DNA of 63,995 nt, the filler included, from Acidimicrobiia bacterium (GTDB lineage: Bacteria > Actinomycetota > Acidimicrobiia > Spongiisociales > CAZKJJ01), in assembly GCA_046759765.1 (NCBI GenBank). It is 14 parts of 14 records of this genome, joined end to end, with 100 filler letters (N's around TTAATTAATTAA, not from the genome) between each part and the next. Parts side by side here need not be neighbours in the genome. Positions count along the whole stretch, not along the records: positions 51,340 to 55,700 come from JBHICV010000185.1; positions 55,801 to 60,139 come from JBHICV010000186.1; positions 60,240 to 63,995 come from JBHICV010000201.1; 11 more parts are not named here. One strand, written 5' to 3'. Position numbers and translations under genes: made by a program. The stretch's first letter is position 1; every line of letters starts with the position of its first letter. A model generated the notes under the pieces. That model was not told the DNA's origin. It ran no database searches and saw only the letters and a list, made by a program, of their open reading frames with translations. Positions 51,340-60,518 of the stretch are shown one piece after another.

Positions 51340-53098
51340 ACGCTGGACCGCGCTCTCGGCATACGGGACTCCCGACCACGAGCGGGGGAGAAGCGAGGTA
51401 GTTCGCCCGACAATCGGGTGATATACGGCCCTCGAAGTTGCGGTTGCCCGACAGAACCGAGGCCACGACGAGATCATTGGCTGAGATGGCATCGTGAATG
51501 GGATCGGGGAGGGGGCCCGAGTTGCCGATGCAGGTCGTGCAGCCGTAGCCCACGAGGTAGAACCCGGTCGCCTCCAGATCTACCAGGAGGCCGGAGTGGG
51601 TCAAGTATTCAGTCACAACTTTGGAGCCAGGAGCCAGCGACGTCTTGACCCATGGCTTCGGTTCTAGACCTCTGGCGCGGGCGTTTCGAGCGAGCAGGCC
51701 GGCGGCGACCATCACATCGGGATTCGATGTGTTCGTGCACGACGTGATTGCGGCGATAACGACCTTGCCGTGATCCAGCTCGAACGTATGCCGGTCATAG
51801 GTCACAGGAACTCCGTTGAGGTCTCGTCCGGACGCACGCACGGGTCCACCTTCGTCTTCCCACGTCTCGACAGTGCTTTGGACGGTGCCGGCCGACTTTC
51901 CGAAGGTGTTGACCAGCTCCCAGCGCCACGATGACTTCACGGCGCTGAGATCGACTCGGTCCTGGGGACGTCGGGGCCCGGCCAGCGAAGGCTCCACTGT
52001 GGCCATGTCGAGCTCGAGGTGAGCCGAGTACGTTATCTCGTGGCTGTCGTCCCTCCAGAGTCCCTGCTCCCGGTAGTACTGCTCCACCGTGTCGACCAGA
52101 TCGTCGGGCCGGCCCGTTAGGCGCAGATAGTCAAGCGTTTGCTCGTCAACCGGGAAAAAGCCGGTGGTGGCGCCGTACTCAGGGGCCATGTTGGAGATGG
52201 TGGCCCGGTTGGCGACCGGCATATCCGAAAGGCCTGGCCCGTAGAACTCGACGAATCGCCCTACGACTCCGAACTCGCGGAGCATTTGGGTTACCCGCAA
52301 CACCAGGTCGGTGGCAGTTGCTCCTTGCTTCAGCCGGCCTGTCAATCGGAATCCCACCACCTCCGGCAAGAGCATGTAGATGGGCTGACCGACCATGACG
52401 GCCTCGGCCTCGATTCCACCTACTCCCCATCCGACCACGCCGAGTCCGTTGATCATTGTGGTGTGCGAGTCGGTGCCTACGAGGCTGTCCGGGTAGAGGT
52501 AGGTGCCGTCGTCCCAGACCACCCTCGCGAGGTACTCGAGGTTGACCTGGTGGACAATTCCGGTGGCGGGCGGCACGACTCGCAGGTTGTCGAAGGCGGC
52601 CTGGCCCCATTTGAGGAGTTCGTAACGCTCTTGGTTGCGCTCGAACTCTTTCTGGCTGTTTATGCGCAGGGCGATACCGCTCCCGAAGGCGTCTACCTGG
52701 ACCGAGTGGTCGACGACCAGGTCGCTCTGCACGCGCGGATTGACCTTTAGAGCGGCCTTCTCGTCACCGGTCATCCTCACTATGGCGCTCCGCATGGCGG
52801 CCAGGTCGACTACCGCGGGGACGCCAGTGAAATCCTGAAGGACGACGCGGCCCGGAATAAACGCAATCTCTTGGTCGCCCACCTTGGACGCGTCGTAGGA
52901 CGCCAGAGCTTCGACGTCCTCGTCTGTGACGATCCTCCCGTCGTGACTGCGCAAAGCCGATTCGGCCAGCACCCGAATGGAGTAGGGCATCCGATCGATG
53001 TCACCAAAGTCACGGAGCGCTTCGAGCTTGGCGATCGTGCGTTTGCCGAGAGGAGTGTCGAGTTCAGCGCGCGCCGAGAACGGATCAGTCGCCACCAT
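51340..53098 (-). CDS. acnA: Aconitate hydratase A, truncated
   Basis: [59 protein letters not shown]. Confidence 0.98.
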
Positions 53099-53166
53099 CC
53101 GAGTGTACCGAGGGCCTTGAGCCGCGCCCTCGTCTGCTTCACAGCATTCCGGCTAGGTTCTCCCGG

Positions 53167-53817
53167 ATGCGCCGCCTGGGGAGTGGGTTCGCGATGGTCG
53201 CTCTGGTCGTCAGCGCCTGCGGAGGGGGAGCAGTGTCGACCACCGCGACCCCAACCGCGGCTCCGACCAGCGTCGCCACTTCGCCGCCGACGACCACGCC
53301 ACCTCCAACGACGGAGGCGCCTACAACGACCGCAACCACTGAGCCTGTTCCTACTACCACCCTAAAGACGGAGATCTCCGTGCAGGGATCGGATGACTTC
53401 GTCGGCCATACTGGGAATGCGCTGGCGCTGCTTCAGGAACGAGCTGTTTCTTATTACGAACAGGTGTTCACGTACATCGACACGATCAAGTCCGTTCCGG
53501 CAGGATCCGGAATGCACGTCGAGACCAAGATCTTCGATGTCGGTGACGAGACCGCCTACGCCCCGGGCTACAACCTGACGCAGCAGGTCGCCTGGTACGC
53601 CGGGGCGATGGCGCACGACTCATGCCACAGCCGGCTCCACGCCAATGGAGAGCCACACAGAGGCAAAGCTGCGGAGATCGCGTGCCTCGAAGACCAGCTC
53701 ATGGCTCTCCAGTCCATGGGCGCGACGCGGCGCTTCGTTGACTACGTGCAAGGTCTCATCGACGGCGCCGACGATCCGGAGAACCAGTACTGGAACGACC
53801 CTAACCGCCACTGGTAA
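53167..53817 (+). CDS. Lipoprotein with Thr/Pro linker and HDxxH (zincin-like) domain
   Basis: Lipobox VSAC; WYAGAMAHDSCH...EIAC...Q. Confidence 0.75.
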   Translation: MRRLGSGFAMVALVVSACGGGAVSTTATPTAAPTSVATSPPTTTPPPTTEAPTTTATTEPVPTTTLKTEISVQGSDDFVGHTGNALALLQERAVSYYEQVFTYIDTIKSVPAGSGMHVETKIFDVGDETAYAPGYNLTQQVAWYAGAMAHDSCHSRLHANGEPHRGKAAEIACLEDQLMALQSMGATRRFVDYVQGLIDGADDPENQYWNDPNRHW

Positions 53818-53833
53818 AGGTCTAGGCGCTGGC

Positions 53834-54550
53834 TCAGCGCGCCGAGATGCTGACCGGTACCTCCGTGACGCACTCCTCTTCGAGTCTCCGATGGGGATAG
53901 ATCTGAGTGGTCACGTCCTGGTGCAGAACCTCCATCATCCCTGCGACGATCCCCTGATCGAGCGAGCAGATCAGGTCGGGGTGGTCGGTCGCAGTGGTAC
54001 CGAAGGGGCAGTGGTTGGTGATCAGCCGCTCGCCCTTCGTGTCGGGAGCCATGGTGAACCCGACACCCGACATGGCTTTCGCCACCGATTTCACGGCCGC
54101 CTCGAAGCCTGAGTCGTCGGGAAACTCGAGGCGCCGAGCCAGTTCCCGGCCATAGTCCTGGCCCACCTCCATCGCCACCGCACCTACGTTCTCCGGTGCG
54201 ACACGCTCAACCACACGGACGAGTAGCTCGGAGAGAAGGTCGTATCGCTGTGCAGGAAAGTGGAGATCGATCTCCTTACTAGTGGCCTCGTAGGACTTGG
54301 CGGGTCGCCCCGCTCCGGTCTCCTTCTTGGCCGTTCGCTTGCGGCTGGACACCTCGACATACCCATCCGATGCCAGACGATCGAGATGGTGACGAGCCAC
54401 ATTGGGATGGATCGAGAAGGCCTCGGCCACGTCCGACACGGTCACCGGGTCGGACGTCTCGCGGATCATCAAGTAGATCCCGCGCCTCGTCGCATCGCCT
54501 AGTGACGATGCCAGATCGGCGAGTGTGCGGTCAAGCTGGCTTGGATCCAC
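53834..54550 (-). CDS. SufR-like / ArsR-type HTH regulator
   Basis: LGD.TRR.IY, HPNVARHHL..L, GRP...Y, NHCPF, ICSLD.G, EEC. Confidence 0.85.
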   Translation of the reverse strand: MDPSQLDRTLADLASSLGDATRRGIYLMIRETSDPVTVSDVAEAFSIHPNVARHHLDRLASDGYVEVSSRKRTAKKETGAGRPAKSYEATSKEIDLHFPAQRYDLLSELLVRVVERVAPENVGAVAMEVGQDYGRELARRLEFPDDSGFEAAVKSVAKAMSGVGFTMAPDTKGERLITNHCPFGTTATDHPDLICSLDQGIVAGMMEVLHQDVTTQIYPHRRLEEECVTEVPVSISAR

Positions 54551-54621
54551 TACTGAATAGGATCGATCAAGGTCTCACTATAGTTTCGGACACCCCCAAA
54601 ACCCCTAGGTAAGCGGCTGAA

Positions 54622-55700
54622 ATGGCGGATACAGACGCGGTCCGAGCTGTCCTGGAGCAGGTCGTCGACCCTGAGCTGCTGCGTCCGCTGGCGGACTTGC
54701 GCACTGTTCGTAGGGTCGAGGGCCGTCGGCGGGGCACGGTCGAGATCGAGATCGGGCTCGTCGCTCCTAACTACCCGCAGGCCTCGCAGCTCGAGCAAAG
54801 GGTGCGGGAGGCCGTCGGTTCCTTGCCGGACGTCCGATCCGTGTCGGTGTCCTATTCGGTCCTCTCCGATGAGGAACGCAGCGAGTTGATGGGTCACCTA
54901 CGCCCCGAGCGCGGGGAGCTATCCAAGCCGGGATCGAAGACCCGGATCGTTGCCGTCTCGAGCGGCAAAGGCGGGGTAGGCAAGTCCTCGATCTCTGCCA
55001 ATCTCGGCGTGGCGTTGACGGCCGGAGGTCAGTCCGTGGGGTTGATCGACGCCGATGTATGGGGCTTCTCGATTCCAGCGATGCTGGGAGTACAGCGTGA
55101 ACCGATTGTTCTGGAAGGGTCGATCATTCCGCCAGTCGCCCACTCGGTGAAGGTGATCTCTATGGACTACTTCGTGCCTCCCGACCAGGCGGTGATCTGG
55201 CGCGGACCGATGTTGCACAAGGCCGTCGAGCAGTTCCTTACCGACGTCTGGTGGGACGAGCCCGACTTTCTTCTCATAGATATGCCGCCCGGAACCGGGG
55301 ATGTGGCGATCTCGCTGAGTCAGTTCGTCCCCTCTTCGCAGGTGCTGGTGGTAACGACCCCCCAACCGACCGCCCAGAGAGTGGCCAAACGGGCTGCCCT
55401 GATGGCACGACGCGTCAACCAGGAAGTGATGGGAGTCGTCGAGAACATGTCGTGGTTCACGGCCGACGACGGCAGGCAGTACCCGCTTTTTGGTGAGGGC
55501 GGTGGCGCTCGGCTGGCCGAGGAGCTGGAGGTCCCCTTGCTGGCCCAGATCCCGCTGGTGCCCGCGATGCGTGAGGGAGCAGACGAAGGGGTCCCGATCA
55601 GCGTGGCCGCGCCGGACTCCGAGGCGGCAGAGGCGTTTGAGCAGCTAGCGCAGGAAGTAATCGACCGCAAACCCCGCGTCCGCACCCACCCCGACCTGGT
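54622..55700 (+). CDS. mrp: Second Mrp/NBP35 family ATPase, nearly complete
   Basis: DPEL, GKGGVGKS, DADVWG, WRGPMLHK, DMPPGTGD, ENMS. Confidence 0.95.
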
Positions 55701-55812
55701 NNNNNNNNNNNNNNNNNNNNNNNNNNNNNNNNNNNNNNNNNNNNTTAATTAATTAANNNNNNNNNNNNNNNNNNNNNNNNNNNNNNNNNNNNNNNNNNNN
55801 GGTCGGTTAACG

Positions 55813-56580
55813 CTAGATGCGTTGACCAACCCAATGAAAGAGGCGGCTTAGCTGCCGGTAAGGATCACGACGACTTGCCTCCAATTCGACCGCTTGCACA
55901 TCGGAGACCTCGTCCTCATCGATGTCTTCTTCGACCCAGCCGTCGGTGAATAGTCGTACTCCGTACCACTCGATCAGCTCGACACCAATCAGGCGCATTC
56001 TGTCGGTCAGCGTCTCGATGGAATCCGCTCGAGTCTGCCTCCCGAGCCGATTGATCTCTCCTTCGGCACCGAACTGCGACAACGCTTCCCTCCATCTCCC
56101 GTCAAGCGCAGGTCGCACCACTAAGCCGGCCTGACTCTTGCCCACGATGGAAACCAGCCCGTGTGGTCTGGCCAGCCCGGCCAGAGCATCCAGCATTCCA
56201 CTGGGATCAGACAGATACGGAACTACTCCGTGGCATAAGACAGCATCGAACCGTTCGTCCAGGACCCCAGGAGCATCCTCACCGGCAGCTTCAACCAGGG
56301 TCACCCGAGCGGCGACCTCCGGAGGCTGCGAGGCAAGAACACGTTCGGCCCGTTCCAGCATCGACGGCGACGAATCGACAATCGTGACCCGATAGCCGCG
56401 TCGTGCCAAAGGGATCGACTGATTGCCAGCACCGCCGCCGACATCGACAATCGCCGCCGGTGGACCTGGGAGATGCGACGCCAAGTGCTGTTCGATGACA
56501 TACAGCCGAACACGGCCATGAAGAGATCGGTAATGCTTGTCAACGAAGGTGTCCGCGATCTCGGCCCAATCATCCGTCAC
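55813..56580 (-). CDS. SAM-dependent methyltransferase (CmoM/SmtA-like)
   Basis: Y..L.GRVR, VDVGGGAG, VD.S..ML, FD.VLCHGV, YGVR.FTD, RRDPYR. Confidence 0.9.
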   Translation of the reverse strand: MTDDWAEIADTFVDKHYRSLHGRVRLYVIEQHLASHLPGPPAAIVDVGGGAGNQSIPLARRGYRVTIVDSSPSMLERAERVLASQPPEVAARVTLVEAAGEDAPGVLDERFDAVLCHGVVPYLSDPSGMLDALAGLARPHGLVSIVGKSQAGLVVRPALDGRWREALSQFGAEGEINRLGRQTRADSIETLTDRMRLIGVELIEWYGVRLFTDGWVEEDIDEDEVSDVQAVELEASRRDPYRQLSRLFHWVGQRI

Positions 56581-56693
56581 GCCGATTGAGGATACGAGTC
56601 CACCTGGCTACGCAGGGATTCAAATGGGAGGAGACTCCGCCCAAACTTGCGAGCGAAATGACCGCAGATGTGTGCGGCCAACGCCCGACTCTG

Positions 56694-56721
56694 GGTACGC
56701 ATATGTGCCGATATGGGCGGT
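56694..56721 (+). repeat. dif-like site copy D (best copy)
   Basis: GGTACGCATAT-GTGCCG-ATATGGGCGGT; CATAT/ATATG inverted arms around a 6-bp core. Confidence 0.8.
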
Positions 56722-56801
56722 TCATTCCTCGAGGAAGACGACGCTGTTGAGAATCGGGTTGACAGTCTCCTCCAGGTACTCGTCGAAGGCGGATACGCGA
56801 A
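56722..56801 (-). pseudogene. Orphan 3' tail of a gene lying between dif-like sites E and D
   Basis: ...SAFDEYLEETVNPILNSVVFLEE*; the TGA at 56722-56724 abuts site D. Confidence 0.5.
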
Positions 56802-56828
56802 GTAGCGCATATTTGCCAGTGGGGAGGT
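56802..56828 (+). repeat. dif-like site copy E
   Basis: GTAGCGCATAT-TTGCCA-GTGGGGAGGT; left arm identical to copy A. Confidence 0.6.
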
Positions 56829-57071
56829 GAGTCGCCGGCGTCGGGCGGGAAGCGTGGGAAACAGACGGAACTTATCCCAGGTTGGGTGTGATGAGTACTC
56901 CTAGAGGTATTGGGATGACACCCCGCACCGTGTTGCACACGTTAGGCGCCCTCGCACTGACCACTGCGGCGTGTAGCGGCGACGGGACAACGCAGGCTTC
57001 AGGACCGCCCACCTCCGCAGTGGCCCGACCGCCCGCCACCGCGCCGCTGGTACCAAGCCGAACCGGCGCTG

Positions 57072-57296
57072 CCGACCACGGAGGAGAACATCGCTTGGAC
57101 CCGTTCCACCTACGCAGCCATGGAGCCGTATCTTGCCCAACGGCGGTGGCTGAATTACCTCGCCGATGACGATGACGATGATGCGGTTCGGGCCGCATAC
57201 GGGCCCAACTACGAGCGGCTCGCCGGGGTGAAACGAAAGTACGACCCGGACAACTTGTTCCGCCTCAACCACAATATCGAGCCCGCTGCTGCTTAG
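57072..57296 (+). pseudogene. C-terminal (BBE domain) fragment of a FAD-linked oxidase
   Basis: ENIAWTR.TY.AM.PY...WLNYL...VRAAYGPNYERLA.VKRKYDPDNLFRLNHNI.P*; the FAD-binding domain is missing. Confidence 0.88.
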
Positions 57297-57427
57297 CCTG
57301 AGGGCCCGCTCAGGCCCCTCCTGGCGCATACCGCCCATCAGCGGCAGGTTCTCAGCCAGATCCATGATGCGCGAGATCCAGCAACAGGAGCGGCCTCCTG
57401 CGGCTCCTCCCGATCAGCTTCGGGAGT

Positions 57428-58045
57428 TCACAGCTCTTTTTGGAGGTCCGATATCCAGAACACCGCATACTCGCCGCGGAGGGCGTGGTCGGGGTTCATG
57501 CACAGAACCACGAATGTGCCGGCGACGTTACCGGCGACAAACCTGAGGCCGGGTTTGCCCGCCGTGGCCAAACCGCTGCCCTCTGCTCCTGGCGCAACGG
57601 TCTCGGTGAAGAGGTAGCTGATCGTATAACCCTCGTCGTCGACCTCTACCAACGCGTGGGCAGGGAGTTCAGGTTCGTCCTCGTCTCCGTCTCCGGGATG
57701 GAAGTGCCCCACTTTCCCGCTTTCCTCGCCGGGGTAGATCAGTTGGGCGAGACCTGGTGGATTCACAAGTCCGGCAACCAGGTCGACCGTACCCTGCGCC
57801 TCGAGGTGTCTCTCAAGCTCTTCGATCGTCAGCCGGGTAGATACCACGATGGGCTGGTGGGTCTCGGAACCCTGGTTCGAGAACGTGAACTCGAGCGTGG
57901 CCACATCCTCGAAGGCCATCGGGTCGACGGACCAAGCCCCCTCGGTCATGAAGACTGTGACCTCCTGGGAGCCGCCAGCGGCACAACCGGCCAGGAGTGC
58001 AGCACCGACGATTGCGGCTGAGATGAACTGTTTCGATCTACGCAT
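57428..58045 (-). CDS. Cupredoxin-like lipoprotein with atypical axial ligand
   Basis: Lipobox LAGC; N.G...H and G.FVVLCMNPDHALRGE. Confidence 0.7.
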   Translation of the reverse strand: MRRSKQFISAAIVGAALLAGCAAGGSQEVTVFMTEGAWSVDPMAFEDVATLEFTFSNQGSETHQPIVVSTRLTIEELERHLEAQGTVDLVAGLVNPPGLAQLIYPGEESGKVGHFHPGDGDEDEPELPAHALVEVDDEGYTISYLFTETVAPGAEGSGLATAGKPGLRFVAGNVAGTFVVLCMNPDHALRGEYAVFWISDLQKEL

Positions 58046-59345
58046 AGTTCACCGCATCTATCTGAGTGTCCGCCTGCTCTCGGGGCCGATCGTCCACGCC
58101 TCGGAGCACTACCCGGGCGACGGCAATGAGGACAACCAAGGCAGCCATGGCAAAGCTACGGCCCAGACCCAGCGCCACGACGATGATCAGCCAAAGCAAG
58201 GGTCCGAGCCAAGTGGCGAACCGGCCCACGGTGGCATACAGCCCGTAGAACTCACCTAGATGCTTGGGCGGCGAGATTCGCGCCATGTAAACGCGGTCCG
58301 ATGCCCAGGTAGCGCCCAACGCCAGGCCACCGACAGGACCGAGCAGCCAGCCCAGGCCCGGGGCGTCGATGGTGGCGGCGACGATGCCGACTGATATCGC
58401 TGCAATCCAGACATAAAGCGCCAGGTGCAAGACGCGGCGGGGTCCGTAGTAGTCCACCAGACGGCCGGAGCCGAGGCCTCCGATGATCGAAGCACCTATC
58501 GCGATGGCCAGGAGCTGTTGCACTTCCTCGAGTTGGAATCCCAGTTCGTTGAGCAGGAATAGCGTCAGAAAACCGGCGATGAGGGTGTTGATGGCATCGG
58601 TGTAGAAGAAGCGACCGATCAGAAAGCGCGTCACACCTGGGAAGGCTCGGGTCCTACGCCACGACCTTACGAGGTGCGCCATGACCGCTCGGAATGCGGG
58701 GGCGCCCGGTCGTGGCGGGCGAGGTCTTTCCTGGATGAAGAACAATGCTGGGAGAGCAAAGAGCAGGAAGAGCAACGCAACGGTCCGGAAGTAAGCCGCG
58801 TAGCCGAGGCGGTCCACGACCAATACGCCGGCGATAAGTGCGATCGCCGAGCCCAGGTAGCCGACACCCACCCCAAGCCCGGACACGAGCCCGCGATTCC
58901 CTGGGGTGCTCACATCGGGGAGGAGTGCGTCATACACGACCGAGCCCAGGTTGAAACCAATCAAGCCGACAACCAGGAACACCAACGAGGGCAGCACACC
59001 GAACGTGGCCAGAAAGAAGGTGGCGCCGACCGCCAGCACAGTCGTGGAGATCAGATAAGGGATACGTCGGCCGGCAAAGTCCGATCGGGCTCCGATCCAG
59101 GGGCCGAGGACAATCGCGGCGAGCATTGCCACTGAAATCGTGACGGCCAACCTCAGGTCGGAGACCTCGGAAGGCAGCGTGTCGGTGACGCTCGAATCAG
59201 GCTCTCCCTGCACTGAGACGAGCCAAGCGGGAAAGTAGAGGCCGAGGACACCGAGGGCTAAGATCGTGTTGGCCAGGTCGAACAGCACCCAGGACCCGGT
59301 GCTGCGTCTGGACGGCTCCAACCCGGGTGTTGCTGAGCGCTTCAT
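58038..59345 (-). CDS. MFS transporter (Atg22/UMF1-like)
   Basis: W.LFDLANT, YDALLP.V, SG.G...GYLG, P....GEFYGLY. Confidence 0.92.
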   Translation of the reverse strand: MKRSATPGLEPSRRSTGSWVLFDLANTILALGVLGLYFPAWLVSVQGEPDSSVTDTLPSEVSDLRLAVTISVAMLAAIVLGPWIGARSDFAGRRIPYLISTTVLAVGATFFLATFGVLPSLVFLVVGLIGFNLGSVVYDALLPDVSTPGNRGLVSGLGVGVGYLGSAIALIAGVLVVDRLGYAAYFRTVALLFLLFALPALFFIQERPRPPRPGAPAFRAVMAHLVRSWRRTRAFPGVTRFLIGRFFYTDAINTLIAGFLTLFLLNELGFQLEEVQQLLAIAIGASIIGGLGSGRLVDYYGPRRVLHLALYVWIAAISVGIVAATIDAPGLGWLLGPVGGLALGATWASDRVYMARISPPKHLGEFYGLYATVGRFATWLGPLLWLIIVVALGLGRSFAMAALVVLIAVARVVLRGVDDRPREQADTQIDAVNYA

Positions 59346-59457
59346 TCCCCGTTCTCCTCGAGTCCTCATTCGGTCACTCCTCAGCCCACCGTATGGGCGG
59401 AGAGCCGACCGATCTATCGGGGAGATCCCTTATGGCGTAGAAAGCGCTTCTGGAGCT

Positions 59458-60139
59458 TCAGCTGGTAGCAGCCAACCCGCGACCGCTGGCCCAGATCACC
59501 ACCTCTTGCCGGTTGGTGAGCTGGAGCTTGCGGAAGACGCTTCGCAGCTGGGATTCGACTGTCTTGGGGGAGGTCGACAGGCGCCTGGCAATCTCCTTGT
59601 TGGTCAGTGCGCGAGACACCAGGCTCACCACTTCGAGTTCTCTTGGTGTGAGCAGATCGACGCGGGGATCCACAACGTCGGGGCCTTCAGGTCCGAGGGC
59701 CGTTCTGATGAGGTCAGCGAGCTTTGGCGAGTAGACGATCGCGCCCGTCGCTGCCGTGATTACTTGTGGGACGAAATCCTCCCGGTGGACGTCTTTGGTG
59801 AGGTATCCCAACGCGCCGGCGCGAATCATGGGGATCACGTCTGTCGGCTTGTCGTACGCCGAGAGGGCCAGGAAGTGGATATGTGGATGCGTCGCCTTGA
59901 CCGCCTTGACGACTGCCAGTCCCCCGCCGCCAGGCATCCGGACGTCCACAAGTACCAGGTCCGGTTCTCGTTCCCGGATCAGCTCGATGGCCGCTGGTAC
60001 GTCGTCGGCCTCTCCAACGATGTCGACCGCCTCGCCGAGCACCCCACGGGCCCCCGCTCTCATCAGATCGTGATCGTCCACGAGGAATACCCGTGCGCGT
60101 GACTGGTCTGCCAGCCCTGCCGGCTTGGTACGTAGCGGT
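59458..60139 (-). CDS. NarL/LuxR family response regulator, 5' end truncated
   Basis: VFLVDDH, D.RMPG, GA.GYL.K, LTPRE.EV, TN.EIA..L..S.KTV. Confidence 0.93.
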
Positions 60140-60518
60140 NNNNNNNNNNNNNNNNNNNNNNNNNNNNNNNNNNNNNNNNNNNNTTAATTAATTAANNNNN
60201 NNNNNNNNNNNNNNNNNNNNNNNNNNNNNNNNNNNNNNNATACCTTTGCCGGCGGTGAATCCACCGGCAGTGCCGGCTGGACCGGTTGGCCCAGTTGGCG
60301 GACCCGCACGGACAAAATCCTGGAGGCGTTCTTTCCTCTGAAAGCGAAGAACTGAAGGGCTGCGCGCGACTCCGTACAAGCGGGCTACCAGCCACTGTGA
60401 TGGCTCAGGAAGTGGGCTGCAGGATTAGGCACCGACGGAATCCGTGGTCGAGAACTGGTTTGACGAACTCCCGGGGCAGCCCCCGGTCTGGAGGGGGACC
60501 CGCCGGCCAAGGGCCTTG

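Noticed and set aside
51340..51375. Unusual aconitase continuation ([14 protein letters not shown])
   Set aside because: Departs from the conserved SPPLVVAYAL in the last ~35 nt of the contig; most likely an end-of-contig assembly artifact.
56713..56805. 30-aa plus-strand ORF starting in site D and stopping in site E
   Set aside because: No RBS, and the minus-strand frame looks more protein-like; kept only as an alternative reading.
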